A DNA stretch of 64,000 nt from assembly GCA_043803815.1 (NCBI GenBank), contig JAZDJR010000035.1, positions 1 to 64,000 on the forward strand, given 5' to 3'. Under the pieces are notes generated by a model. The model saw only the letters and a program-made list of their open reading frames with translations, was not told the origin of the DNA and ran no database searches. Position numbers and translations under genes: made by a program. Below, piece after piece: positions 30,006 through 40,383 of this stretch; positions within the stretch are counted from its first letter, which is position 1, and each line of letters begins with the position of its first letter. Source of the DNA: Candidatus Micrarchaeota archaeon. Lineage in GTDB: Archaea; Iainarchaeota; Iainarchaeia; Iainarchaeales; JAGVWC01.

Positions 30006-30870
30006 TTTTTTTTTTGGTTTCAATCAGGCCTTCGGGAAAAGTTTCCAGTTTAAAGCCGAGTTTTTTGGCCTTGGAAACGTTAAGCGAAGTGTCAAGGGGA
30101 CGGAAAGCGTCGAGTTTGACTTCCGAACTTTTTGTTTTTTTGACGAGCGATTCGTCAAAACCGAACACCTTTGCGATTTGCAGGGCGGCGTCATACATAG
30201 AAATGCGGCTGTCCCCTGCCAGATTCAAATGGCCGGTTGTTTTTTGGCTTACTAAGCGGGGAAAATTGTCGACCAGGTTTTCAACGCGGGTCGGCGAACG
30301 AATCAGGTCGGCAAAGGCGTTGACGGGCCGGTTGTTGGACAGTTTTTCGATGACTTGTCCCAAAAACTTTTTGGTGCTGGCTTTCGCGCTGTACGGGGTG
30401 GCCGTTCGGACAATGCAATTGCTTTTCAGGGTTGAAACGATTTTTTCGGCCTGCAATTTGGTTTGGCCGTACACGTTCACGGGATTGGTCTTGTCGTTTT
30501 CGGAATAATTCCCTTTTTTTCCGTCAAACACGAATTCCGTTGAAATAAATATCAGGTGCGGCTGGAATTTTTGGCAGGCATCCACGATGTTTTGGGTCCC
30601 GGTCACGTGCACCAGGCGCGCCAATTTCGGGTCCCGTTCGCACAAGTCGACATCCGTTAAGGCCGCCAGATGAATAACGCAATCGGGCCGATGCTCCTTG
30701 AAAAAAAGGGTTACGTCTTTGGCTTTTGTGATGTCCAAAGGCAAAAGTCCGGACTTTGGGGTGGAGCGGTAGGTTCCGGTCGCATCAAATTCGGATGAAA
30801 GGCGCTTGTACAGAGGCTCCCCGATTAATCCGCCGGCGCCGATTACGGCAATTTGCGGTTTTTTGCTCAT
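29995..30870 (-). CDS. rmlD: RmlD-like NDP-4-dehydrorhamnose reductase
   Basis: GAGGLIG, AALTDVD.CE, STEFVFDG, YGQTK, RP.D.SL. Confidence 0.82.
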   Translation of the reverse strand: MSKKPQIAVIGAGGLIGEPLYKRLSSEFDATGTYRSTPKSGLLPLDITKAKDVTLFFKEHRPDCVIHLAALTDVDLCERDPKLARLVHVTGTQNIVDACQKFQPHLIFISTEFVFDGKKGNYSENDKTNPVNVYGQTKLQAEKIVSTLKSNCIVRTATPYSAKASTKKFLGQVIEKLSNNRPVNAFADLIRSPTRVENLVDNFPRLVSQKTTGHLNLAGDSRISMYDAALQIAKVFGFDESLVKKTKSSEVKLDAFRPLDTSLNVSKAKKLGFKLETFPEGLIETKKKIRA

Positions 30871-32120
30871 AAATCGTTCACGCCGGAAATGACACGCACT
30901 TTGGGAATCGGAACGATGTATTTTCCCCCGCGCTTTTCATGTTCCTTGGTCTTGTCCATGATTTCCTTGGCAAAATTCCACGCCAAAATAACCAGATAAT
31001 CGGGTTTTCGCTTTTCGAGTTCCGCATAGCCGAAAATGGGAATGTGGTTTCCGGGATACAGCTTGTTCTGCTTTTCGGGGGTCTCGTCGATGATAAAGTC
31101 GATGAAGTCGGAACTGACGCCGCAATAATTCAGCATGGTGTTTCCTTTCGCGGACGCTCCGTACGCGGCAATGGACTTGTGCTCTTTTTTGATTTTGGAC
31201 AATAGCTGCAGCAAATCGATTTTCAGGTCCAAAAGCTGGTTTACGAAATTAAAATAGCTTTGGATGGAATGCAGGCCTTCTTTTTGTTCGCGCTCCAAAA
31301 AATCCGCAATGCGGGCTTTCTGGTTTGCAAGTCCCTTGTTTTCCTTTTTGGTGACGAACACGCGGATGGTTCCGCCGTGAATCGGCATTTCCTGAACGTC
31401 CGCCAGTTCCATTCCTTCCTGTTCAAACAGGTGCAAAAGCGGCTTGACCAGAAAATAGGACAGGTGTTCGTGGTAAATCGTGTCGAACTCGTTTTTCTTG
31501 ATGAGGTTAAGCGCGTACGGGCATTCGATGATGAATACGCCTTCGTCCGCCAAAATCAATTTGACGTTTTGGACAAAGCTTTTGACGTCGTGCACGTGCG
31601 CAAAAACATTGGTTGCGGTGATGACGTCGGGAGCACCGTATTTTTGCAGGATTTTTTTGGCTACGACTTCGTCCCAAAAATAAGGCAGGGTTTCGATTCC
31701 TTCCGCGTTGGCCATTTCGGCCAGGTTCTTGGCGGGTTCGACCCCCAAGACGCGAAAGCCTTTTTTCTTGTATTCGCGGAGCATGCAACCGTCGTTGGAA
31801 GCGATATCCACGACAAACAAATTCGGTTTTTTGAGGTAGCCTTTGACCTGTTCGGCCATGTCCGCGCAGTGCTTTTGGAAAGTCTTGGAAATAGACGAGT
31901 GGTAGGCGTAATTCGAAAACATGACCACGGGGTCGACCACGATGCTTAACTGCGAAAGGCTGCAGTTCTCGCAGAACAGGACTTCCAAAGGAAAACCGAA
32001 TTCGTTGTCTTTTGATTTGGGGTCGACGTAGGAATTGGCCAGCGGCATCATGCCCAAATGGAAATATTTGGTCAGTTTTTTGGAGCCGCAAATCCGGCAT
32101 TCCTCGATTGACTGATACAT
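30867..32120 (-). CDS. NDP-hexose C3-methyltransferase (Zn-binding, TcaB9/MtmC-like)
   Basis: CRIC...CENC Zn site, IASNDG, NVFAH, YHEH.SYF, HGG, YGASAKG, LAWNF. Confidence 0.87.
   Translation of the reverse strand: MYQSIEECRICGSKKLTKYFHLGMMPLANSYVDPKSKDNEFGFPLEVLFCENCSLSQLSIVVDPVVMFSNYAYHSSISKTFQKHCADMAEQVKGYLKKPNLFVVDIASNDGCMLREYKKKGFRVLGVEPAKNLAEMANAEGIETLPYFWDEVVAKKILQKYGAPDVITATNVFAHVHDVKSFVQNVKLILADEGVFIIECPYALNLIKKNEFDTIYHEHLSYFLVKPLLHLFEQEGMELADVQEMPIHGGTIRVFVTKKENKGLANQKARIADFLEREQKEGLHSIQSYFNFVNQLLDLKIDLLQLLSKIKKEHKSIAAYGASAKGNTMLNYCGVSSDFIDFIIDETPEKQNKLYPGNHIPIFGYAELEKRKPDYLVILAWNFAKEIMDKTKEHEKRGGKYIVPIPKVRVISGVNDL
31452..31496. repeat. 45-bp exact direct repeat, second copy at 55140-55184
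   Basis: AAAATAGGACAGGTGTTCGTGGTAAATCGTGTCGAACTCGTTTTT in both C-methyltransferase genes. Confidence 0.85.
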
Positions 32121-32192
32121 AACAATTCCTTTTGTTTGAATGAAAAAACCGATGGTATCGGCAAATATAGGGTATTTTTATCCAAAAACGGT

Positions 32193-33137
32193 TTAAAAAT
32201 TGACCGAAACCGGCTTTTTTTTGGCCAGCACCTGAATCGTGTCGCCAAAGCCGAAAAAGGAAAAAATATAGGCGAATGCCACGCAAAGGGGAACCAGCAC
32301 CGGCAGGAACACAACGGTCAGGACCAAGCGAAGCCAATACCGCGGATTTTTTTTCATCGGCTGGCGTTTGATTAAATGATGCAAAAAATTGTATTCAAAG
32401 CCGAGTCCGTTGTACAGGGACTGGAGCAGGCCGAAAGGATTGAATTCAAACGAGTAGTGCGAGATTTTTTCCACTACAAACCCGTTTTTTCCAAGCAGCA
32501 GGGAAAGGCTTTTGGGGGAAAAGTGGTTTTGGTGGCGCGGCGCGTCCAGATGAAACCAGTTGCACTTGAAAAGTTTGAAACTGGCACTTTGGATATTGGG
32601 AACCGCGATAAAAATCCGGCCGTTTTTGGCCAGCAGCTTGCGGCTGACGGCAAGTTCGTCGGACGGAAAAGGAACATGCTCGAGCACGTGCCAAAACGTA
32701 ATCAGGTCAAACGACTCCGCGGGAAAAGAAATTTCCGGCAGGTTCCCGTATTTTACTTGGATTCCTTTTTTGGTTAGTTCCTGCAAAAACTGTTTTGAGG
32801 AAGCGGATACTTCACTTCCGCTGCATTTCCAATCTTTTTTTTGCATGGTTTCCAAAAAATGCCCCGAACCGCAGCCTACATCGAGCAAGCGCCCCGGTTT
32901 CAGGCCGTTGAAAAAATTGGGGCGCAAGGACTGGATGATTTTCAGAATAAACGAGGGCTTATTGTAGTATTCCTGGAAATAATACGGGGCCATTTGCTTT
33001 GGCGTCGGCTGCGGCCGCACAAAAACCGCAAAGCAGGATTCGCATTCGAACAGTTCGACGGCCTTTGAAGGAAAATCCATGTCGCGGCATTTCAGCAGCA
33101 ACCGCTCTTTTTTTGCACCGCACACTTTGCAGACCAA
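32193..33137 (-). CDS. SAM-dependent methyltransferase with N-terminal Zn ribbon
   Basis: CKVC...CESC, LDVGCGSG, WHVLEH, VPN, PRH..HF. Confidence 0.82.
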   Translation of the reverse strand: MVCKVCGAKKERLLLKCRDMDFPSKAVELFECESCFAVFVRPQPTPKQMAPYYFQEYYNKPSFILKIIQSLRPNFFNGLKPGRLLDVGCGSGHFLETMQKKDWKCSGSEVSASSKQFLQELTKKGIQVKYGNLPEISFPAESFDLITFWHVLEHVPFPSDELAVSRKLLAKNGRIFIAVPNIQSASFKLFKCNWFHLDAPRHQNHFSPKSLSLLLGKNGFVVEKISHYSFEFNPFGLLQSLYNGLGFEYNFLHHLIKRQPMKKNPRYWLRLVLTVVFLPVLVPLCVAFAYIFSFFGFGDTIQVLAKKKPVSVNF

Positions 33138-33148
33138 TTTCGCACAAC

Positions 33149-34171
33149 CTAAGCGGTCAATATCAGTTCAATCATTTTGAGGCCGTTGAACAGGCCTTTG
33201 GAAATGCTGCTTCCGACGCCTTTGCTTTTTCCAACCCTTTTTTTAAACGCAATCGGGCATTCCATCACGCGCAAGTCGCATTTTAGCGCGGTAATCAGCA
33301 TGTGGGGGGAAAAATAATTCCGCTTGACCGTCAATTTGGGAAGAATTTTTTTTAGGGCTTCGGGGCGGATTAAGGCAAACCCGATTCCGACATCGGTTAT
33401 GCGGTATGTTCCCCAAAATCTCAATTGGAGCAGTTTGGCGATGAAAATATTGCCGTACAAAATAAACGGGGTTATCTGAGAATCGGGAGCGACGATTTCA
33501 CAAGTCGTCCGGGTCCCTACCACCAGGTCCACGTTTTCAAGGTAGGAAAGCATTTTTCGCATGTCGGTCGGAAAATAAGTCTGGTCGCCTTCCACAAGGC
33601 AAACGATGTTTCCTTTTGTCTTGGAATCTTCCAAGGCTTCGGTCAGGGCGCGGATGCAGGCGGCGCCGTATCCCTGAACGGGTTCGCCGACCACGCGGGC
33701 GCCGGCTTTTTTGGCTTCAATCGTTGTTTTGTCCTTGCTGTTGTTGTCGACGACTACGACACTTGCGGTTTCTTTTAATTCCTTAAAGCCGCGGACCGCG
33801 CCGCCAATCGACAACTCGTCGTTGTACGCGAGCATGCCGATGCACACTTTGGGGTTTGCAATCGGGTCGAATCGCAGGGGTTTTCGCCTGGAATACAGGC
33901 GCTGGCGCCCCAAATCGATTGCCGCGCCGATGATGGCCAATAAAAACAGCGCATTAGCCCAGTCCAATAAAAGCAATCCAATATCAAAGGTTACCCCCAA
34001 TGCTTTCAAAATCCACGATATGAAAAAAAGGAGGTACAAAAAAAGACCGGCTAAAAAAACGACGAATGAATACAATAGCAAGCGGCCCATAGCATCACGA
34101 TTTTCGAGCGGTCCAAATCGTTCATATTCTGGTGCAACAACGATTAAAAAGATGCGGATAATTGCAGCCAA
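33149..34171 (-). CDS. DPM-synthase-like GT2 with N-terminal TM helices (start may be 34090)
   Basis: Two TMs, then AYNDE, DNNSKD, GYG.A, EGD, GTR, R.G.SK. Confidence 0.78.
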   Translation of the reverse strand: MAAIIRIFLIVVAPEYERFGPLENRDAMGRLLLYSFVVFLAGLFLYLLFFISWILKALGVTFDIGLLLLDWANALFLLAIIGAAIDLGRQRLYSRRKPLRFDPIANPKVCIGMLAYNDELSIGGAVRGFKELKETASVVVVDNNSKDKTTIEAKKAGARVVGEPVQGYGAACIRALTEALEDSKTKGNIVCLVEGDQTYFPTDMRKMLSYLENVDLVVGTRTTCEIVAPDSQITPFILYGNIFIAKLLQLRFWGTYRITDVGIGFALIRPEALKKILPKLTVKRNYFSPHMLITALKCDLRVMECPIAFKKRVGKSKGVGSSISKGLFNGLKMIELILTA

Positions 34172-34241
34172 GGAGAGCTTAATAGCCGGTAAAAGCGGTT
34201 AAATGAATCCTTTTTAACCCGTTTTAGGTTAATGAAAAGGT

Positions 34242-35690
34242 ATGGTAAGACTGCTGCAAAACAAAATTTTTTGGGGAGCCGTTTTATTTGTCGCGTTATT
34301 TTTGGTTTTTTATCCCCGCTTTTGGGACGTCGATTACCTGTCCACCATCCGCACGGCCCAGTGGTTTTGGCAGGGAAAATTCGTCGAAACCAACCCGCAG
34401 TACGCGTATTACATGTGGCAGTCGGCACAAGGCTTTTTTCTGTACCCGTTTGAAATCGGAAGGACTTTGGTCAGCGCACCATTGGCATTAATCAGCTGGA
34501 ACGCGCCGTTCATCCTGGGACTTTTGTTTCATCTGTTGGGTTTTTGGTTTTTTTTCAAAACCCTTCGATTGCTCAAGTGGGACGAGCGCTATTCGCTGGT
34601 GTACCTTTTTTTCCCGTCGGTGGCCCTGATTGCCGACCGTTTTTACCTGGGTGAAGCCGCTTCGATTGCCTTGATTTGCGGCGCGGTTTTTTTTTATTTG
34701 CGGGGGCAAAAAAACGATTATTGGCTGTCCGGAATTTTTTTCGGCTTGTCGGTTTGGTTTCGCTTTACCAATGTGGTGGTTGCCGCCGCTTTTGCAGTCG
34801 CGGTTTTTTTCAGGCATAAAAAACAGGTTGTACCGTTTTTAACCGGAACTATTGTATTGGGCGCCTTGTTTTGTGGTGTAACTTATTTGATTTTAGGGGC
34901 GCCATGGGGCTATGTCGAACCCGGTTACGTGTCCGGCTCGGTGTACCAATTCGGTTTTTTTCATGTTCTGGAATCCATCGGCAGGTACCTGATTTTTTTG
35001 CTGGCCGGATTCGAACCACTTACTTCCCGCGGATTATTGATTGTTTTTCCACTCACCCTGCTTGCGCTGTTTAAAGCCAGGGTTTTGCGCCTGGAAACCG
35101 CGCTGTCTTTAGTTTTTGTCATTGTATTTTTTTCCATTGCAATGTTCAATACCGACGGACGATACGTACTCGTGCTTTTTCCGCTTTTGCTTTTGGGAAG
35201 CATCCCCGCGGCCGACGCGCTTCTGAAAAAAATCGGGGAGTGGCAGCCCGCACTGACCAAAACCGCGGTAGTGTGGACAATTATCGTCCTGCTTTTGGCC
35301 GCAACGACCGCCGTGTTCTGGGTGCAGTCCCAAAAAGGAGAGGCGCGATTGCGGGTGGCCCAAACCATTTATTCTTCCACCCCGCAAGGCGCGTTACTGA
35401 TGGATTATCAGGGCGGTTTTACATCAAGTTTTCTATTGGAAACATTCGGGGACCGACGGCTGGAAACCGCGTCGATTCCGCAGTTAAAAGAAAAAATTTT
35501 GACCCCTTGCTGGGTAAAAGACAACGGCGGACTCGGCAACATTTATACTTCGATTGTCGAACTGTCACCGCGCACCGAAAATTCGATTGCGGGTTTTATG
35601 AAAGTCGACCCCTTAACGACCATTGTGCGGCCGCTTTCCGAATTTCTGGCCGAACAGCAAATCAAGTCAAGCCAGATTCCCTGCCAATAA
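34242..35690 (+). CDS. GT-C-fold membrane glycosyltransferase-like protein
   Basis: DVDY in first loop, multi-TM, G..FGL.VWFR, RY..LFP; resembles the 23269 protein. Confidence 0.62.
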   Translation: MVRLLQNKIFWGAVLFVALFLVFYPRFWDVDYLSTIRTAQWFWQGKFVETNPQYAYYMWQSAQGFFLYPFEIGRTLVSAPLALISWNAPFILGLLFHLLGFWFFFKTLRLLKWDERYSLVYLFFPSVALIADRFYLGEAASIALICGAVFFYLRGQKNDYWLSGIFFGLSVWFRFTNVVVAAAFAVAVFFRHKKQVVPFLTGTIVLGALFCGVTYLILGAPWGYVEPGYVSGSVYQFGFFHVLESIGRYLIFLLAGFEPLTSRGLLIVFPLTLLALFKARVLRLETALSLVFVIVFFSIAMFNTDGRYVLVLFPLLLLGSIPAADALLKKIGEWQPALTKTAVVWTIIVLLLAATTAVFWVQSQKGEARLRVAQTIYSSTPQGALLMDYQGGFTSSFLLETFGDRRLETASIPQLKEKILTPCWVKDNGGLGNIYTSIVELSPRTENSIAGFMKVDPLTTIVRPLSEFLAEQQIKSSQIPCQ

Positions 35691-35772
35691 CAAAAAATAG
35701 TTTTTTGTTGTAATTTTCATGCGGTTTCCAAAAAACCAAAAAAATACTTTTTAATACCGACGGAGAACAGTA

Positions 35773-36978
35773 ATGGTTATGCAGTTCAGGCGCGTCTCGG
35801 TGGGCGAATTCCGGTTCGGCCCCGAGGAAAAAAAAGCGATCAACCGCATTTTGTCCCAAAACTGCATTTCCGAAGGCGAATTTGTGGAAGAGTTTTCCGC
35901 GGAATTCGCCAGGTTTTGCAAAACCAAGTATTGCGTTTCATTGAATTCGGGAACGTCCGCCTTAATGCTGGTGTGGGCCGGCCTCAAATACCATTCAAAA
36001 TTCAAGCCGTCGGATTCGCTGCAAGTCATCACGACCCCGCTGACGTACGTCGCGACCACAAACTCGCTTGTAACAACGGGATTCGAACCCGATTTTGTGG
36101 ACATTAACCTTGAGGATTTTTCCATTAACGCGGACCTGATTGCAAAGCTGGCCGAAACCGGAAAATATTACGGCATTCTTCCCGTCCACCTGATGGGTTA
36201 CCCCTGCGACATGAAAAAAATAAATTCGATTGCCAAAAAAAACGGGCTTTTGGTCGTCGAGGATTCCGCGGAAGCGCACGGCAGCGAAATCGAAGGAAAA
36301 AAAACGGGGTCTTTGGGGCTTGCGGGCTGTTTTTCTTTTTTTATCGCGCACAACATCCAGGCGGGAGAATTCGGGTGCGTAACCACAAGCGATGAGGAGC
36401 TTGACCGCCTTTTGCGCAGCATGAAAGGAAACGGGCGGCGCTGCTATTGCCTGCGAAGCGAAGTCGATGCGGGAAAATGCCCGCATGTCAACGACGGCTT
36501 TCATCCGCGCTACATCCACGATTACATCGGATACAATTTCAAGCCTATGGAATACCAGGCCGCGGTCGGGGTTTGCCAGCTCAAAAAAGCGGAATGGATT
36601 AAGCAAAAACGGCTGGAAAACGTGAAATACCTAAACGACGAATTGAAGGGACTGGATACCGTATTTCAATTGCCGCGCTTTTCAAAACAGGTCAGTTACC
36701 TTGGGTATCCGCTTTTGGTGACCAACCCGGATTTTTCGCGCAACAAAATCACGCTGGAACTTGAAAAACTCGGCGTGGAATGCCGGCCGATTTTCAATTC
36801 GGTTCCGACGCAGCAGCCGGCGTATAGTCACCTGAAAAAACGCTTTGAAGGAAAACTGCCCAATGCCGAGTTCGTCGGGAACAACGGGCTTTACGTGGGC
36901 TGCCACCAGTACCTCAAACAGGCCGACCTCGAGCACATTGTAAAAGCCATTAAAAAGGTTTTGAACCAACACAAATAA
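35773..36978 (+). CDS. DegT-family PLP/PMP enzyme with His in place of the catalytic Lys (NDP-4-keto-6-deoxyhexose 3-dehydratase, E1/ColD-like)
   Basis: NSGTSAL, VHLMG, ED.AEAHG, SFFIAHNI (H at the Lys position), GRRCYC...C, GYNFK. Confidence 0.75.
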   Translation: MVMQFRRVSVGEFRFGPEEKKAINRILSQNCISEGEFVEEFSAEFARFCKTKYCVSLNSGTSALMLVWAGLKYHSKFKPSDSLQVITTPLTYVATTNSLVTTGFEPDFVDINLEDFSINADLIAKLAETGKYYGILPVHLMGYPCDMKKINSIAKKNGLLVVEDSAEAHGSEIEGKKTGSLGLAGCFSFFIAHNIQAGEFGCVTTSDEELDRLLRSMKGNGRRCYCLRSEVDAGKCPHVNDGFHPRYIHDYIGYNFKPMEYQAAVGVCQLKKAEWIKQKRLENVKYLNDELKGLDTVFQLPRFSKQVSYLGYPLLVTNPDFSRNKITLELEKLGVECRPIFNSVPTQQPAYSHLKKRFEGKLPNAEFVGNNGLYVGCHQYLKQADLEHIVKAIKKVLNQHK

Positions 36979-37037
36979 CAACTCAAAAGCCGACAAAACA
37001 GGTAAATCGGACAGATTTTATTTTTGGGGAAAAGCAA

Positions 37038-38009
37038 ATGACTTCCAAAACCGCGCTGATTACGGGAATCCTGCACCAGGACGGCTCGTACCTGGCCGAA
37101 TTATTGATTGAAAAAGGCTATCGGGTCGTCGGGTTTGTCCGCCACACGGGCCGCGAACCCACCTGGCGCATCAGCGCAATCGAGGACCAAATCGAATTCG
37201 TTTACGGCGACTTGCAGGATTATCAAAGCGTTTTGCAGGCGGTCCAAACCGTCAAGCCCGACGAAGTGTACAACCTCGGGGCCATGTCGTTTGTCAAGCA
37301 GTCCTTTGAAGACCCGATTATTACCGGAAATATTACGGGCCTTGGCGTGATGCGCGTACTGGAAGCCATCCGCAAGACCGACCCGACGATAAAATTTTAT
37401 CAGGCCTCCAGCTCCGAAATGTTCGGAAAGGTTGCCGAGTCGCCGCAGCGCGAAACCACGCCGTTTTATCCGCGCAGCCCGTACGGAGTTGCCAAATTAT
37501 ATGGATATTGGGCCGCCGTGAATTACCGCGAAAGCTACGGCATGTTCGCGTCCAACGGGATTTTGTTCAATCACGAGTCTCCGCGGCGCGGAATGGAATT
37601 TGTCACGCGCAAAATTTCAAACGGCGTTGCGCGAATCAAACTGGGAAAACAAAAGGACATCCGCCTTGGAAACCTGGATGCCAGGCGCGACTGGGGATAC
37701 GCCAAGGAATACGTCGAAGCCATGTGGAAAATGCTGCAGCACCAAAAAGCCGACGATTTTGTCATCGGAACCGGCGAACAGCACAGCGTGCGCGATTTTG
37801 CCAAAGCCGCTTTCGAGTACGTCGGAATGGATTACGAAAAATACATTACTTTGGACCAGGCCAACCGCCGGCCTGCGGAAGTCGAGACCCTGATTGCCGA
37901 CGCTTCCAAGGCCAGCCGAGAACTGAACTGGAGACCCAAAACCAAATTCAAGGAACTCGTCGAAATCATGGTGGAAGCGGATTTGGAATATGAAAAAAAC
38001 AGGCCGTAA
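37038..38009 (+). CDS. gmd: GDP-mannose 4,6-dehydratase
   Basis: QDGSYLAE, QASSSE, PRSPYGVAK, LFNHES.RRG.EFVTRK, RDWG. Confidence 0.95.
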   Translation: MTSKTALITGILHQDGSYLAELLIEKGYRVVGFVRHTGREPTWRISAIEDQIEFVYGDLQDYQSVLQAVQTVKPDEVYNLGAMSFVKQSFEDPIITGNITGLGVMRVLEAIRKTDPTIKFYQASSSEMFGKVAESPQRETTPFYPRSPYGVAKLYGYWAAVNYRESYGMFASNGILFNHESPRRGMEFVTRKISNGVARIKLGKQKDIRLGNLDARRDWGYAKEYVEAMWKMLQHQKADDFVIGTGEQHSVRDFAKAAFEYVGMDYEKYITLDQANRRPAEVETLIADASKASRELNWRPKTKFKELVEIMVEADLEYEKNRP

Positions 38010-38976
38010 CCCCGATTTTTGGTCGGGCAAGCGCGTTTTGGTCACCGGCGGCGCTGGTTTTATCGGAAGCCGCCTTGTTGAAATGCTCGTGGAGTCCGAA
38101 GCTATTGTTCGCGTTTCTTATCAGGACCCAAAAAAACTGGAAAATTTAAATTTTGTAAAGAAAAAAATCGAACTGGTAAAAGCCGAATTGTTAAATCCCA
38201 AAGATTGCGCCTCGGTCGTCCGAAAACAGGAAATTATTCTTAATCTGGCCGCGCGCGTGGCAGGAATCGAGTATAACCGGCTTCATCCCGCGACCATGCT
38301 AAGCGAAAACATGCTGCTTTCGTCCAACATGCTGGAAGCAAGCCGAAAAGAAAATGTCGAACGCTTTTTGGTCGTCAGTTCCGCGTGCGTGTACCCTGCC
38401 GACGCGCCCGTTCCCACTCCCGAATCCGAAGGCTTTAATGGCGAGCCCGAACCGACAAATGCGGGCTACGGCTGGGGCAAGCGCTTTGGCGAATTGTTGG
38501 GGCAAAAATACGCGGAAGAGTTTGACATGAAAATCGCGATTGCGCGGCCGTTTAACAGTTATGGTCCGCGCGACAACTTTGACCCGAAGACCTCGCACGT
38601 GATTCCCGCCTTAATCCGCCGGGTAATGGCGAACGAAAATCCGTTGGTGGTCTGGGGCGACGGGACTCCGACCCGCGCGTTTTGCTATGTGGACGATTTT
38701 TGCCGCGGACTAATGCTTTGCGCCGAAAACGGCGTCGGGAAAGGGGCGGTTAATATCGGAACCGACGAGGAAATATCCATCAAGCAATTGGTGGAATTAA
38801 TCGCCGGATTTTCGGGAAAAAAGCCCAAAATCGTTTTTGACCCCCAAAAGCCCAACGGCCAGATGCGCAGGAACTGCGACAATGCCAAAGCCAAAAAAGA
38901 AATCGGCTTTGAGGCAAAAATCCCGCTAAAAGAAGGGCTTGCAAAAACGATTGAATGGTACAAAGAAAACGGCTGA
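37990..38976 (+). CDS. GDP-sugar epimerase/reductase (Fcl/ColC-like SDR)
   Basis: GGAGFIG, AARVAGI, SSACVYP, YGWGK, SHVIPALIRR, WGDG. Confidence 0.75.
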   Translation: MKKTGRNPDFWSGKRVLVTGGAGFIGSRLVEMLVESEAIVRVSYQDPKKLENLNFVKKKIELVKAELLNPKDCASVVRKQEIILNLAARVAGIEYNRLHPATMLSENMLLSSNMLEASRKENVERFLVVSSACVYPADAPVPTPESEGFNGEPEPTNAGYGWGKRFGELLGQKYAEEFDMKIAIARPFNSYGPRDNFDPKTSHVIPALIRRVMANENPLVVWGDGTPTRAFCYVDDFCRGLMLCAENGVGKGAVNIGTDEEISIKQLVELIAGFSGKKPKIVFDPQKPNGQMRRNCDNAKAKKEIGFEAKIPLKEGLAKTIEWYKENG

Positions 38977-39006
38977 ATAAAACGACGAAAGTGCGGCTCA
39001 AAAAAA

Positions 39007-39699
39007 TTATTTTTTATTTCGCGGCCTTATTTTTACAATTTTAGACGGCAAGCGCGAAATCACGCGGCCATACCGAATCGCTTTAAGTTCTCGAACCGAA
39101 TGATACCCTGTAGCTACTGCCAAGGCCCCCATGCCCAGTTTTTGGGCCGCCAAAACGTCGTTGGGAGTGTCCCCAACCGCGAGTGCTAGGTTTTTGGGAA
39201 TTTTGCTTTTTTGCAGGGCAAACCGAAACAGCGATTCTTTGTTTTTGATGGCGCTTGAATCCGAAGAAAAAAAACCGCGTTCAAAAAAAACCGCAAGCTC
39301 GGTTTTGGACAAAATCATTTCGCTTAGTTTTCGCGTGTTTCCGGAAAAAACAAACAGGCGTTTGCCGGATTTTTTTAAGTATTTTAACGCGGTTAATACG
39401 CCGGGCAAGACGCCGGCTTTGGAAACCCGTAAAATCAGCCGTTCAAATTCGGATGGCCTGGCATGAACCAATTTTTGGACCAGCGAATCGGTTGGTTTTT
39501 GGCCTTTTAATTCCAAGGCGCGTTTCCAAACGGCCTTGTCGGTTCCGAGTTTGAACAAATCGGAAAAAAACCGCGGATTGGATTCGTCAATTCCGGTAAT
39601 TTTTTTGAACGTGTCGCGATAACTCTGAATATGAACGGAAAACAAATTAACCAAAGTCCCATCAATGTCAAAAAAAATGGCGTCGAATTTTTCAAACAT
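39007..39699 (-). CDS. HAD-superfamily hydrolase
   Basis: FDIDGTL, SGN, VGDT.ND, VATG. Confidence 0.85.
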   Translation of the reverse strand: MFEKFDAIFFDIDGTLVNLFSVHIQSYRDTFKKITGIDESNPRFFSDLFKLGTDKAVWKRALELKGQKPTDSLVQKLVHARPSEFERLILRVSKAGVLPGVLTALKYLKKSGKRLFVFSGNTRKLSEMILSKTELAVFFERGFFSSDSSAIKNKESLFRFALQKSKIPKNLALAVGDTPNDVLAAQKLGMGALAVATGYHSVRELKAIRYGRVISRLPSKIVKIRPRNKK

Positions 39700-40383
39700 T
39701 TAAAACCGTTTTCCAATCCCGATTTCGCGCAAAAGCATTTTCACAAAATACAGGCCGGTGTCGACGGTTTTGGCGCCGCTTTTTCCGCCGATGCGGTCGC
39801 CTTCAAACGTCGGGAATTCCTTTATTTTGTATCCGAGCTTGAGCGCGCGCATGGACATCTGGTATTCGATGGCAAAGCCCTGCGCGTCCAGGTGCAAAGC
39901 CGAAATCTTTTTTTTGTTGACGCCGCGAAAGCCGTTGATGGAATCGGTTAGGTTCCCGCCGAAAAAAAAGTTGGATAATCCCGTGAAAAACCTGTTGCCC
40001 CATCCGCGGTAGGGAACCAGCTGCAAATGGTCGTCCGCCCGCGCGCCTTTGATGAAGCGCGAAGCGATGACCAGGTCAAAGCCCTTGTCCAAAAAGTCCG
40101 CCATTTTGGGGATGTCGGAAGGGTTCTCGTTCCCGTCGGGAGAGAAAAAAATCACATTGTCGCACTTGGCTTTTTTCAGTGCGATGCGAAAGGCTTCCCC
40201 GCGGCCGAGTTTTTCCTGCACGATGACCGGCATTTTTTTTTGGCGGAAAAATTCCGCGGTTCCGTCCTTGGACTGGCCGTCGATTACCAAAACCTCGTCG
40301 ACTTTTTTGACGGGAATTTTCGGAAAGACTTTGGCCACGCCTTGGATTTCGTTGCGCGTCAAAATGATTAAAGTAACGCTCAT
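39700..40383 (-). CDS. DPM-synthase-like GT2 glycosyltransferase
   Basis: RNE, DGQSKD, SPDGNE, IASRF, TD..NGFR. Confidence 0.85.
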   Translation of the reverse strand: MSVTLIILTRNEIQGVAKVFPKIPVKKVDEVLVIDGQSKDGTAEFFRQKKMPVIVQEKLGRGEAFRIALKKAKCDNVIFFSPDGNENPSDIPKMADFLDKGFDLVIASRFIKGARADDHLQLVPYRGWGNRFFTGLSNFFFGGNLTDSINGFRGVNKKKISALHLDAQGFAIEYQMSMRALKLGYKIKEFPTFEGDRIGGKSGAKTVDTGLYFVKMLLREIGIGKRF

